Shown here one piece after another: positions 17,827 to 25,219 of a stretch of DNA of 32,000 nt. Position 1 is the stretch's first letter. Each line of letters opens with the position of its first letter. The position numbers and the translations under genes are program-made. Source of the stretch: Kineococcus radiotolerans SRS30216 = ATCC BAA-149 (lineage in GTDB: Bacteria > Actinomycetota > Actinomycetes > Actinomycetales > Kineococcaceae); contig NC_009664.2 in NCBI RefSeq assembly GCF_000017305.1, forward strand, positions 1,800,001 to 1,832,000, in the 5' to 3' direction. The notes beneath the pieces are model-generated. The model ran no database searches. It was not told the origin of the DNA and was given only the letters and a program-made list of their open reading frames with translations.

Positions 17827-18173
17827 CGGGCGCGGGCGGGCGGGGCCGGCGCGCAGAGCGGTGCGGTGTGGAGGGGCGGGGCCCGCGCGGCCCTGTGGAG
17901 ACCGCGGCGGCCGCACGGCGGTGTGCGACCGGAGGAGGAGTGGAGACGGCCCCCGCTGGGGGGGAGCGGGGGCCGTCGACGGTCCGGCTCGGGGGGGATG
18001 AGCCGGGCCGCGTGTAGCCCACAGGGCGTACTGCTGCATCCTCACCCCTGCCGGGGGCCCTTGGCAATTCCATCCGGGGAGTTGCGCGAAGATTTCGTGC
18101 CCGAGCCGGTCGCGGAGGGCCCCGGTCCTCACCGGACCTGCACAGGAACGACTCCCGAAACTCCCCGGGAGGG

Positions 18174-20228
18174 TCAGAACCCCCCGGAGGCCGCCACCCG
18201 GCGCAGGAAGTCGGCGGCCAGCGGGGCCGCGACCGCCCCTCCGCTCACCCCGTCCGCGACGAACACCGCGAAGGCCAGCCCGCCCTGGAAACCGGTGGTC
18301 CAGGCGTGCGTGGCCGGGGGCACCGCCGTGCCGTGCTCGGCCGTGCCGGTCTTGGCGTGCACCGGCTCGCCCGGCACCCCCGCGAGCACGGTGGCCGTCC
18401 CCGCCGTCACGACGTCGCGCATGAGGTCGGCCAGGGTCCCCAGCAGCGCCGGGTCCGCGGCGCTCGCCGGGGCGGAGGGGGCGGCGGGAGCCGGGTCCAG
18501 GACGACGGCGGGGACCCTCAGCTCGCGCGCGGCGACGGAGGCCGCGGCCACCGCCACCGCCAGCGGGCTGACCAGGGTGCGTCCCTGCCCGAAGCTCGCG
18601 GCGGCCAGGTCGACCGCGGACTCCGCGACGGGCACGGACCCCTCGAAGGCGTCGACTCCGGCCGCCCACGGGGCCCCGATCCCGAGCTGGGCGGCGGCGG
18701 TCGGCAGCGAGTCGTCGCCCAGGCGCGTGCTCAGGCTCGCGAACGCCGTGTTGCAGGAGCGGGCGAAGTCGGTGCGGAAGGGGACGTCCCCGAACGCCTC
18801 GTCCTCGAAGTTCGAGAAGGTGCGGCCCTCCACGGTGTACGTGGGGGCGCAGGGCACGTTCTCCTCGACGTCCAGCCCGTCGCCGAGCAGCGCCAGGGTG
18901 GTCACCACCTTGAACGTCGACCCGGGCGGGAAGCGCCCGGTCAGGGCCCGGTCCCCGCCGTCGACGGGGAAGTTCGACACCGCCACCACGTCCCCGGTCG
19001 CGACGTCGACGGCGACGAGGGCCGCGTCGGCCGGGCTGGCCGCGAGCGCGTCGTCGGAGGCCCGCTGCACGTGCTCGACCAGGCTCGTCCGCACGGGCCG
19101 TCCCGGGAGGGGGTCGACGCGGAACAGCTCCGCCGAGGTCGCGTCGCCGCCGCCCTCGGCGCGCACCACGATCCCGGCCCGTCCGGCGAGGCGTTCGTCG
19201 TGGACCGCCTGCACCCCCGACAGCCCCGCGAGGTCCCCCGCGGCGTAGCGGCCCCCGGCGGCCTCGATGGTCTCCGCGGTGGCCGGGCCCACGCTCCCCA
19301 GCAGGGCGCGGGCGAAACCGCGGGTGGGGGCCAGGGGCAGCGTCGACTCCGCGAACACCGCACCGGGCACGGGTCGCAGGACGTCGCGCTGGGCGTCGTA
19401 GTCGCTGCGGCGCAACGTGATGACGTCCACGAAGGCGTCGGGCGCGGCCTGCTGGACCCGGGTCGTCAGGGCGGCCGCGTCGACGCCGAGGGCCGCGGCG
19501 AGGGCGCCGGCCGTCGCCGCCGGGTCGGTCGTCCGCGAGGGTTGCACCCCCACCCGGACGACGGGGGTCGCGGTCACGACGGGGGAACCGTCGCGGCCGA
19601 GGACGTCGGCGCGCGGGGGCAGTTCGCGCTCCACGGCGAACGTCGCCCCCGACGCCAGCCGCGGGTGGACGAGGGCGGGTTCCCAGACCGGCCGCCACGT
19701 CGCCTCGTCGCCCTCCCCGGAGCGGGCGAGGCGCAGGGTCGTGGGGTAGGCGAAGACGCTCCCCCCGGGGGCGCCGTGGCCGGCGGCGAGGTCGAAGGAC
19801 ACGTCCAGCGTCGCGGTCGCGGTCCCCTCCTCCGCGGTCGCGGTGTCCACCGCGGCGAGGGTCACCCTCGGCGGCGGGTCGGAGAGGGGGCCGGTGAGGC
19901 GGGCGTACTCGGCGCCGAGGTCCGCGGGGAGCGTCCCGCCCGGGGCGGCGACGGCGTCGAGCTGCCCGAAGCTCCCCTGCGACCAGGCCTGCGCCACCGA
20001 CCGGGCGGCGTCCTCGACGCCCGCCGCCGGGTCCCGGCGCGAGCGCGACCACCACAGCGCCCCACCGCCGGCGAGGACCGCGGCGGCGGCGGAGCCGGCG
20101 ACGACGGCGCGCCGCCGGGGGCGGCGGCGCAGGTCAGCGGCCGGGGCGGCGGCCGGCGCGGCCGGGGGCGGGGTGGAGGACGGGCGGGGCTCGTCGGCGT
20201 TCTCGGTCATCGTCTTCGATGCTCGCAC
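18174..20228 (-). CDS. Class B penicillin-binding protein (NTF2-like MecA_N domain plus transpeptidase)
   Basis: 684 aa. It carries the SxxK motif GSTFKVV, the SxN motif SCN and the KTG motif HAKTGTAE, with an N-terminal TM segment. The alternative ATG start at 20210 is equally plausible. Confidence 0.9.
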   Translation of the reverse strand: MRASKTMTENADEPRPSSTPPPAAPAAAPAADLRRRPRRRAVVAGSAAAAVLAGGGALWWSRSRRDPAAGVEDAARSVAQAWSQGSFGQLDAVAAPGGTLPADLGAEYARLTGPLSDPPPRVTLAAVDTATAEEGTATATLDVSFDLAAGHGAPGGSVFAYPTTLRLARSGEGDEATWRPVWEPALVHPRLASGATFAVERELPPRADVLGRDGSPVVTATPVVRVGVQPSRTTDPAATAGALAAALGVDAAALTTRVQQAAPDAFVDVITLRRSDYDAQRDVLRPVPGAVFAESTLPLAPTRGFARALLGSVGPATAETIEAAGGRYAAGDLAGLSGVQAVHDERLAGRAGIVVRAEGGGDATSAELFRVDPLPGRPVRTSLVEHVQRASDDALAASPADAALVAVDVATGDVVAVSNFPVDGGDRALTGRFPPGSTFKVVTTLALLGDGLDVEENVPCAPTYTVEGRTFSNFEDEAFGDVPFRTDFARSCNTAFASLSTRLGDDSLPTAAAQLGIGAPWAAGVDAFEGSVPVAESAVDLAAASFGQGRTLVSPLAVAVAAASVAARELRVPAVVLDPAPAAPSAPASAADPALLGTLADLMRDVVTAGTATVLAGVPGEPVHAKTGTAEHGTAVPPATHAWTTGFQGGLAFAVFVADGVSGGAVAAPLAADFLRRVAASGGF

Positions 20229-20277
20229 GACGCTCGCGCGGTGCGCACGGGACGCTCCTGCTAACCTGCTGGGCGTT

Positions 20278-20368
20278 GGAGGTGTCGCCTAGTCCGGTCT
20301 ATGGCGCCCGCCTGCTAAGCGGGTTGGGGGCTACAACCCCCTCGCGGGTTCAAATCCCGCCACCTCCG
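20278..20368 (+). tRNA. tRNA-Ser (anticodon GCT)
   Basis: Acceptor stem GGAGGTG/CACCTCC, anticodon stem-loop CCCGC-CTGCTAA-GCGGG, a long variable arm and T-loop GGTTCAAATCC. CCA is not encoded. Confidence 0.93.
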
Positions 20369-20375
20369 CCGGGTC

Positions 20376-20410
20376 GAAGGCCCCGGTCGCGTCGAGCGAC
20401 CGGGGCCTTC
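20376..20410 (+). terminator. 15-bp perfect stem hairpin after tRNA-Ser(GCT)
   Basis: gaaggccccggtcgc-gtcga-gcgaccggggccttc. No U-tract. Confidence 0.55.
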
Positions 20411-20482
20411 GCCGTCTCCGGCGCCCGCTCCGCCGCCGCCAGCACCCGCGGGGAGCGCGCAGATCCCCTGCGCGGCAACCGA

Positions 20483-20512
20483 TTGGTGACGGAGGCCGAA
20501 GCCCGCTACAGT
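20483..20512 (+). promoter_or_regulatory. Candidate promoter of tRNA-Arg: TTGGTG-N18-TACAGT
   Basis: The hexamers lie at 20483-20488 and 20507-20512, about 32 nt upstream of the tRNA 5' end. The SRP RNA gene has the same architecture upstream. Confidence 0.4.
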
Positions 20513-20544
20513 AGTCCCAGACGGCGCGCCCCGGTGCGCCGCCG

Positions 20545-20617
20545 GCGCCCGTAGCTCAACGGATAGAGCATCTGACTACGGATCAGAAGGTTAGGGGTTC
20601 GAATCCCTTCGGGCGCA
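20545..20617 (+). tRNA. tRNA-Arg (anticodon ACG)
   Basis: Acceptor stem GCGCCCG/CGGGCGC, D-arm TAGCTCAACGGATAGAGCA, anticodon stem-loop TCTGA-CTACGGA-TCAGA and T-loop GGTTCGAATCC. Confidence 0.95.
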
Positions 20618-20631
20618 CACCGCAACACCGC

Positions 20632-20654
20632 AGGGCCCCTCCGGGGGCCCTTTT
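20632..20654 (+). terminator. Intrinsic-terminator-like hairpin with T-tract after tRNA-Arg
   Basis: agggcccc-tccg-ggggccct followed by ttt. Confidence 0.65.
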
Positions 20655-20659
20655 CGCTG

Positions 20660-20702
20660 TCCGGGCCCTGCCCGGCGTCTCGTCCGGACCCTGCCCGGCG
20701 TC
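20660..20702. repeat. Direct repeat tccgg(g/a)ccctgcccggcgtc x2 (23-bp period)
   Basis: Copies at 20660-20679 and 20683-20702, read directly. Confidence 0.8.
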
Positions 20703-21013
20703 GGCGTCCCCCGCCGGGGCTTCGCACCACCCCTTCGCGCCCCGGGTGCGCTCCGGCCCGCCGCGGGGACGCCGCCCCTCCGCGCCCCCTCGCCCCTCGG
20801 CGCGCCCGCAGACGGGACCCACCCGGCTGGGAGCTGCGCCCGCCCGCGAGCGCCCCTCGCGGGACGGAGGGCGGATCGGCCACGGCCGAGGACCGGCCAC
20901 CGCACCGCGGCCCGACCCGGTCCGGGTTCCCCCTCCCGTCCCCGGGAGTTCGGTCACCGGTTCCACCGCTCCGCCGTCCCCGGTTCCCGGTTCCCGCCGA
21001 CCCGTCCATTCCC

Positions 21014-21090
21014 CCGTCCGGGCCGACCGCCACCCGTCCGGGTCAGCCGCCACCCGTCCGGGCCGACCGCCACCCGTCCGGGTCGACCAC
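21014..21090. repeat. 20-bp tandem repeat, about 3.8 copies (ccgtccggg[c/t]c[g/a][a/g]ccgccac)
   Basis: ccgtccg recurs at 21014, 21034, 21054 and 21074. The repeat sits in non-coding DNA upstream of the Lsr2-like gene. Confidence 0.9.
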
Positions 21091-21432
21091 CCGACGTCGC
21101 GAAGAACCCCCGGAGGAACCCGCCACGACCGCACCCCGGTGACCGCGGGCGCCCGCGGCGCACCCGGTCCCGTGCGAGGGGAACCCGCGAGAACTCCCGA
21201 GAACCTCCCCCGAGGACCCGCGAGAACCCTCCGGGATCGGCTCCTCCCGGGCCGTTCGCCGCGGCTGCGGCCATCTCCAGACGCTTACCGCAACAACACC
21301 GACGGACAACGTCGAGAACGCTCCGGGAGAAGTCCTGAACTCCTCCGGTAATCCTCCTTCGATGCGCGAGTTACCACGGAACTGTGGTTTCATTGCGTCA
21401 GCATTGATCAACCACTTCCCCGGGAGCCCAGC

Positions 21433-22071
21433 ATGGCAAGTCACGACGTTGCACTGAAGGTGGCCACCGAACTGCCCGTCGGTGCCGTCGACCTCGAGAT
21501 CCCCGTCAAGCGGAACGGTCGCAAGATCGGCACCTTCACGGTGAACGCGAACGGTGTCTCGTGGAACCCGGCGACCGCGAAGGCCGCCACCAACGTGACG
21601 TGGGAGGACCTCCCCGCCGCGCTGGCCAGCACCACGGCTCCCGCCGCCGCCCCGGCGAAGAAGACCTCCGCCCCGGCGCAGAAGACCGCGAGCTCCGCCC
21701 CGGCGCAGAAGGCCACCACCCCGGCGCAGAAGACCGCGAGCCCCGCCCCGGCGCAGAAGGCCACCACCCCGGCCAAGAAGACCACCGCGAAGAAGGCGGC
21801 CGGCAAGAAGGCCGCCCCGGCTCCGGTCGAGGAAACCCCCGCGCCCGCCGCGGAGGCCCCCGCCGCGGAGGCCCCCGCCGTCGAGACGCCCGCCGCGACC
21901 CCGGCGAAGAAGGCCACCGCCAAGAAGGCCGCGAAGAAGTCCACCCCCGCCTCCACGGCCGCCGTCGACGCCCGCGCCGTGCGCGAGTGGGCCGCCGCCA
22001 ACGGGATCGCCGTCGCACCGCGCGGCCCGATCTCCACGACGATCATCGACCAGTTCCGCGCCGCTCAGTGA
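21433..22071 (+). CDS. Nucleoid-associated-protein candidate: unrecognised N-terminal domain, then an Ala/Pro/Lys-rich H1-like repeat region, then an Lsr2-type C-terminal DNA-binding domain
   Basis: 212 aa. The C-terminus VREWAAANGIAVAPRGPISTTIIDQFRAAQ aligns with the Lsr2 C-terminus ([29 protein letters not shown] in M. tuberculosis, recalled from memory). The middle region has PAQKTAS/PAQKATT and AKK repeats. ATG start with GGGAG 7 nt upstream. Confidence 0.75.
   Translation: MASHDVALKVATELPVGAVDLEIPVKRNGRKIGTFTVNANGVSWNPATAKAATNVTWEDLPAALASTTAPAAAPAKKTSAPAQKTASSAPAQKATTPAQKTASPAPAQKATTPAKKTTAKKAAGKKAAPAPVEETPAPAAEAPAAEAPAVETPAATPAKKATAKKAAKKSTPASTAAVDARAVREWAAANGIAVAPRGPISTTIIDQFRAAQ
21673..21768 (+). 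repeat. 2 x 48-bp in-frame tandem repeat (PAQKTAS[S/P]APAQKATT) within the Lsr2-like CDS
   Basis: ccggcgcagaagaccgcgagc occurs at 21673 and 21721. A further 15-bp AAEAP repeat lies around 21844-21890. Confidence 0.85.
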
Positions 22072-22085
22072 ACTGACGCACTCCT

Positions 22086-22135
22086 GGACGCGACAGGGGC
22101 GGGATCCTCCGGGATCCCGCCCCTGTCGTGCGTCC
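22086..22135. terminator. Strong bidirectional hairpin between convergent genes
   Basis: gacaggggcgggatcc-tccg-ggatcccgcccctgtc gives a 16-bp perfect stem at 22092-22127, extended by ggacgc/gtgcgtcc with a 2-nt bulge. Confidence 0.7.
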
Positions 22136-22144
22136 GGCCCCGGT

Positions 22145-22888
22145 TCAGCGGAACCGCGGGGGCAGGGCCCGGCGGGCCAGCCGCCGGACCCCCGTCCGTC
22201 CGCGGCGGGGCGCGTCCGCGGCCTCCACCTCGCCGAACAACTGCTCGCAGATGCGGACGTACACCTGGTCCGGCATGGGCAGCCGGTCCACGTCGCTGAG
22301 GGCCCGGTCCTGGTTGGCGGATTCCATGACGAGCTCGCCGTAGCCCAGCAACCGCCCGAACAGGGACCGGTTGTAGCTCATGTCGGTGACCTTCGACAGC
22401 GGCATCATCGCCACCCGCCGCTTCACGACCCCGTAGGCCAGCAGCAGCCGCTGGTCGGTCGCGACGAACCACTCCCCGCGCCACTGCAGGTACTTCCAGT
22501 AGGCCCGGAGCATCAGCACGAACCAGGCGAGGAACAGCAGGTCCGGCAGGTGCGGGACGTGGGCCACCCGCTCGACGAGCCACAGCACGCCCACGAGGGC
22601 GACCGCGCAGGTCAGCAGCGGTTCCGCGAGCACGACGACGTGCCGCCGCAAGCAGACGAGCCGCTTCTCCGTCCCCAGGAGGTAGCGGTGCACCGAACGC
22701 GGCGGGCGCTCCCACAGCGGGTCGGGCTCGGGAGGCAGGTCCGGCGGGGGGAGCAGGTCGTCGTCGACCCCGCCCTCGCCCGTCCCGTCGTCGTCGGGGT
22801 CCCCGGGCAGCTCCGGGTCGGCCCCGGCCTCGAGGACCTCCCAGGTGCCGTCCTGGCCCGTCTTGCGCAGCCGGGCGCCGGACAGCAT
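22145..22888 (-). CDS. PH-domain (bPH_2/YdbS-YdbT-like, DUF304) membrane protein
   Basis: 247 aa. An acidic Pro-rich N-terminus is followed by two TM spans, then WRGEWFVATDQRLLLAYGVVKRRVAMMPLSKVTDMSYNRSLFGRLLGYGELV, typical of bacterial PH domains. Confidence 0.75.
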   Translation of the reverse strand: MLSGARLRKTGQDGTWEVLEAGADPELPGDPDDDGTGEGGVDDDLLPPPDLPPEPDPLWERPPRSVHRYLLGTEKRLVCLRRHVVVLAEPLLTCAVALVGVLWLVERVAHVPHLPDLLFLAWFVLMLRAYWKYLQWRGEWFVATDQRLLLAYGVVKRRVAMMPLSKVTDMSYNRSLFGRLLGYGELVMESANQDRALSDVDRLPMPDQVYVRICEQLFGEVEAADAPRRGRTGVRRLARRALPPRFR

Positions 22889-22944
22889 GACGAGCTCCCG
22901 GGCCTCGTCCCGGGGCTCGGGGTTCTGGCCCCGCCCGGAGCGGC

Positions 22945-23106
22945 TCAGCGCAGCAGCCCGTCGAAGAAGTTCGCGATGCTCGCGACGACCCTTCCCAGCG
23001 ATTCACCGACGGTGCGGACGAAGTCCGCCGCCTGGTCCGGCGCGCGGTAGATCGCGTAGACGGCGAAGACCACCAGCACCCACCACAGAACTCGACGCCA
23101 CTTCAC
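22945..23106 (-). CDS. Small predicted membrane protein (53 aa), below the ORF-track length cutoff
   Basis: My translation from GTG 23106 is VKWRRVLWWVLVVFAVYAIYRAPDQAADFVRTVGESLGRVVASIANFFDGLLR*. It has one TM helix, third codon positions that are mostly G/C, and GGAAGGGG upstream. It lies 56 bp upstream of the PH-domain gene on the same strand. Confidence 0.5.
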   Translation of the reverse strand: MKWRRVLWWVLVVFAVYAIYRAPDQAADFVRTVGESLGRVVASIANFFDGLLR

Positions 23107-23215
23107 CGGGTCGGCCCCTTCCTGCGTTCTGCGAACGCCTGTTCCCCATCACGGACCGTGAACACGAATGCGCTGATCGGGGGTCATCCTGCCGGAAAGG
23201 GGGGCGCAGCACGAA

Positions 23216-23246
23216 GCCCCGCGCCGCGACGTCGTCGGCGCGGGGC
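23216..23246 (-). terminator. GC-rich hairpin downstream of upp
   Basis: gccccgcgccg-cgacgtcgt-cggcgcggggc gives an 11-bp stem, and the loop is itself palindromic. It lies about 30 nt past the upp stop. Confidence 0.5.
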
Positions 23247-23277
23247 TCCCCGCCGTTCCCGGAACGCTCCGGGGTGC

Positions 23278-23913
23278 TCAGACCACGCCGTACAGGCGGT
23301 CGCCCGCGTCCCCCAGACCGGGGACGATGTAGCCGTTCTCGTCCAGGCGCTCGTCGACGGCCGCGGTCACGACGGTCACCTGCGCGTGGTCGTCGAACGC
23401 GGTCCGGACCACCTCCAGGCCCTCCGGCGCGGCGAGCAGGCACAGCGCCGTGACGTCGCGCGCCCCGCGTTCCAGCAGGTAGGTGATGGCCGCGACCAGC
23501 GTCCCCCCCGTCGCCAGCATCGGGTCCAGCACGAAGACCTGCCGGCCCGAGAGGTCGTCGGGCAGCCGGTTGGCGTAGGTGGTCGCCTGCAGCGTCGTCT
23601 CGTCCCGGATCATCCCCAGGAACCCGACCTCGGCGGTCGGCAGCAGCCGCACCATCCCGTCGAGCATGCCGAGACCGGCCCGCAGGATCGGCACGACGAT
23701 GGGCTTGGGCGAGGTGAGGCGGACCCCGGTCGTCGCGGTGACGGGGGTGGTGACGGGGTGCGGTTCGACGGCGACGTCGCGGGTGGCCTCGTAGGCGAGC
23801 AGGGTGACCAGTTCGTCGGCGAGCCGGCGGAACGTCGGGGAGTCGGTCCGCGCGTCGCGCAGAGCGGTGAGTTTGTGGGCCACCAGGGGGTGGTCGATGA
23901 CGGACAGGCGCAT
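23278..23913 (-). CDS. upp: Uracil phosphoribosyltransferase
   Basis: 211 aa. [13 protein letters not shown], the PRPP-binding loop [13 protein letters not shown] and the C-terminal [15 protein letters not shown] are all present. Confidence 0.97.
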   Translation of the reverse strand: MRLSVIDHPLVAHKLTALRDARTDSPTFRRLADELVTLLAYEATRDVAVEPHPVTTPVTATTGVRLTSPKPIVVPILRAGLGMLDGMVRLLPTAEVGFLGMIRDETTLQATTYANRLPDDLSGRQVFVLDPMLATGGTLVAAITYLLERGARDVTALCLLAAPEGLEVVRTAFDDHAQVTVVTAAVDERLDENGYIVPGLGDAGDRLYGVV

Positions 23914-23990
23914 GGGGTCGAAAGTACGGGGTCCCGGCCCGCGCGCGGCAACGGTGGCCGCTGCGGGGTCCCTCCTGCCACGATGGTGCC

Positions 23991-24536
23991 GTGGCGTACT
24001 TCACCGCAGTGCTCTCCCCCGAAGGCTCCGGCGACGACCGTGACTGGCGCTCGGTCGACATCGACCTGGAAGCCGGCTCCCCCGACGAGCTCGGCGACGC
24101 CCTGCGCGGGGCCGTCGACGACGACGACGTCCCCGTGCTCGCCGTCCTGGAACGCGAGGACGAGTGGTTCGCCCTCGTCCGCACCGACGGCGGGGTGGAC
24201 GTGAGGGTGTTCGTCTCCGACGCCGTCGCGGCCGCCGACAGCGCCTACGCCCCGCTCTTCGCCGAACTGCCCCCGGCGGCCGCGGTCGTCGGCGAGGACG
24301 GGGCGGAGGGCGGAGCGGGCGCGTCGGAGCCGGACGAGGACGAGGTCCCCGCCACCCGGCCCGAGCCGCCCGTGGTCGAGGACGTCTGGGCCGGCGACCC
24401 CGAGCTGCTCACCGACCTCGGCTGCCCGGCGGAGGTCCTCGTGCGCCTCGCCGGTTCCGGTGCGGACCCCTCGGCGGCCACCGTCGAGATCGGCGAGGTC
24501 CTCGGCTTCGCGGACGTGCTGGAGTCGCTGCGCTGA
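23991..24536 (+). CDS. Putative tRNA adenosine deaminase-associated protein (acidic, actinobacterial family)
   Basis: 181 aa. [15 protein letters not shown]...VDIDLE...[29 protein letters not shown] matches the family regularly encoded immediately upstream of actinobacterial tadA. GTG start. Confidence 0.75.
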   Translation: MAYFTAVLSPEGSGDDRDWRSVDIDLEAGSPDELGDALRGAVDDDDVPVLAVLEREDEWFALVRTDGGVDVRVFVSDAVAAADSAYAPLFAELPPAAAVVGEDGAEGGAGASEPDEDEVPATRPEPPVVEDVWAGDPELLTDLGCPAEVLVRLAGSGADPSAATVEIGEVLGFADVLESLR

Positions 24537-24571
24537 ACGGGCTCGCCGTCCCCCCCGACTGGTCGCGGTGG

Positions 24572-25006
24572 ATGGGTCTGGCCCTCGACGAGGCCCGCGC
24601 GTGCCTGGCGACGGGGGACGTCCCCGTGGGGGCGGTCGTCGTCGACGCCGCGGGGACGGTCCTGGGCGCGGGGCGCAACGAGCGCGAGGCGGCCGGTGAC
24701 CCCACCGCGCACGCCGAGGTCCTCGCCCTGCGGGCCGCGGCCCGCGCCCGCGGGGAGTGGCGGCTGACCGGCTGCACGCTCGTGGTGACCCTGGAGCCGT
24801 GCGTCATGTGCGCGGGGGCGACCGTGCTGGCCCGGGTGGACCGGCTGGTGCTGGGCGCCTGGGACCCGCGGTTCGGGGCCGCCGGTTCCCTGCGCGACGT
24901 GGTGCGCGACGCCCGCCTCAACCACGTCGTCGAGGTCGCCGGGGACGTGCGGGGCGCGGAGTGCCGTGCGCTGCTCGACGGGTTCTTCGCCGCCCGCCGC
25001 ACCTGA
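24572..25006 (+). CDS. tadA: tRNA-specific adenosine deaminase
   Basis: WMGLALDEARA..., the zinc motifs HAEVLALR and LEPCVMCAG, 144 aa from ATG 24572. I found no in-frame ATG/GTG/TTG in the roughly 110 nt I checked immediately upstream of the ATG. The longer track ORF (from 24164) overlaps the preceding gene. Confidence 0.92.
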   Translation: MGLALDEARACLATGDVPVGAVVVDAAGTVLGAGRNEREAAGDPTAHAEVLALRAAARARGEWRLTGCTLVVTLEPCVMCAGATVLARVDRLVLGAWDPRFGAAGSLRDVVRDARLNHVVEVAGDVRGAECRALLDGFFAARRT

Positions 25007-25077
25007 GGGGACCCGCCCCGCGGGCCGTGTAAGGTGGACCCGCGGCACCGGGTGGACACCGGGTGTCGTGCGTGTCG

Positions 25078-25164
25078 GGTGATGTGTCCGAGCGGCCTAA
25101 GGAGCACGCCTCGAAAGCGTGTGAGGGGGCAACTCCTCCGTGGGTTCAAATCCCACCGTCACCG
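25078..25164 (+). tRNA. tRNA-Ser (anticodon CGA)
   Basis: Acceptor stem GGTGATG/CGTCACC, anticodon stem-loop CACGC-CTCGAAA-GCGTG, a long variable arm and T-loop GGTTCAAATCC. Confidence 0.93.
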
Positions 25165-25173
25165 CCGTCACCG

Positions 25174-25208
25174 CGAAGGGCCCCGGAACCTCGTTCCGGG
25201 GCCCTTCG
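25174..25208 (+). terminator. 16-bp perfect stem hairpin after tRNA-Ser(CGA)
   Basis: cgaagggccccggaac-ctc-gttccggggcccttcg. Its core and 3' flank (ggggcc(c)ttcgccgtct) are related to the hairpin at 20376-20410. Confidence 0.55.
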
Positions 25209-25219
25209 CCGTCTGCGCC

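Noticed and set aside
16687-20055. The N-terminal roughly 1120 aa of the 1519-aa minus-strand ORF
   Set aside because: Only the last 396 codons (the TadA/CpaF ATPase) look real. The upstream part overlaps the CpaE-like gene and the PBP in other frames and is Arg/Pro/Gly junk.
21014-21090. Possible CRISPR array or minisatellite
   Set aside because: The units are contiguous 20-bp repeats with no spacers, there are only about 4 copies, and there are no cas genes. I report it as a tandem repeat instead.
20880-21110. G-quadruplex on the G-rich minus strand of the repeat region
   Set aside because: The GGG tracts are spaced about 17 nt apart by the 20-bp repeat, too far for canonical G4 loops. 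The idea is speculative without biophysical data.
20545-21432. Integrated mobile element or attachment site at tRNA-Arg
   Set aside because: No integrase, excisionase or other phage/ICE gene follows. I found no downstream direct repeat of the tRNA 3' end (ggttcgaatcccttcgggcgca). A fully decayed remnant cannot be excluded.
21441-22046. A 201-aa minus-strand ORF (with 21536..22018 and 21561..22076) overlapping the Lsr2-like gene
   Set aside because: These are mirror-image low-complexity translations of the Ala/Pro/Lys repeat region. The plus-strand frame alone has an SD, an ATG and a recognisable Lsr2-type C-terminal domain.
24164-24571. Upstream extension of the tadA reading frame (280-aa ORF)
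   Set aside because: It overlaps almost all of the deaminase-associated gene in another frame and is Arg/Gly-rich junk. The conserved TadA sequence begins at WMGLALDEA.
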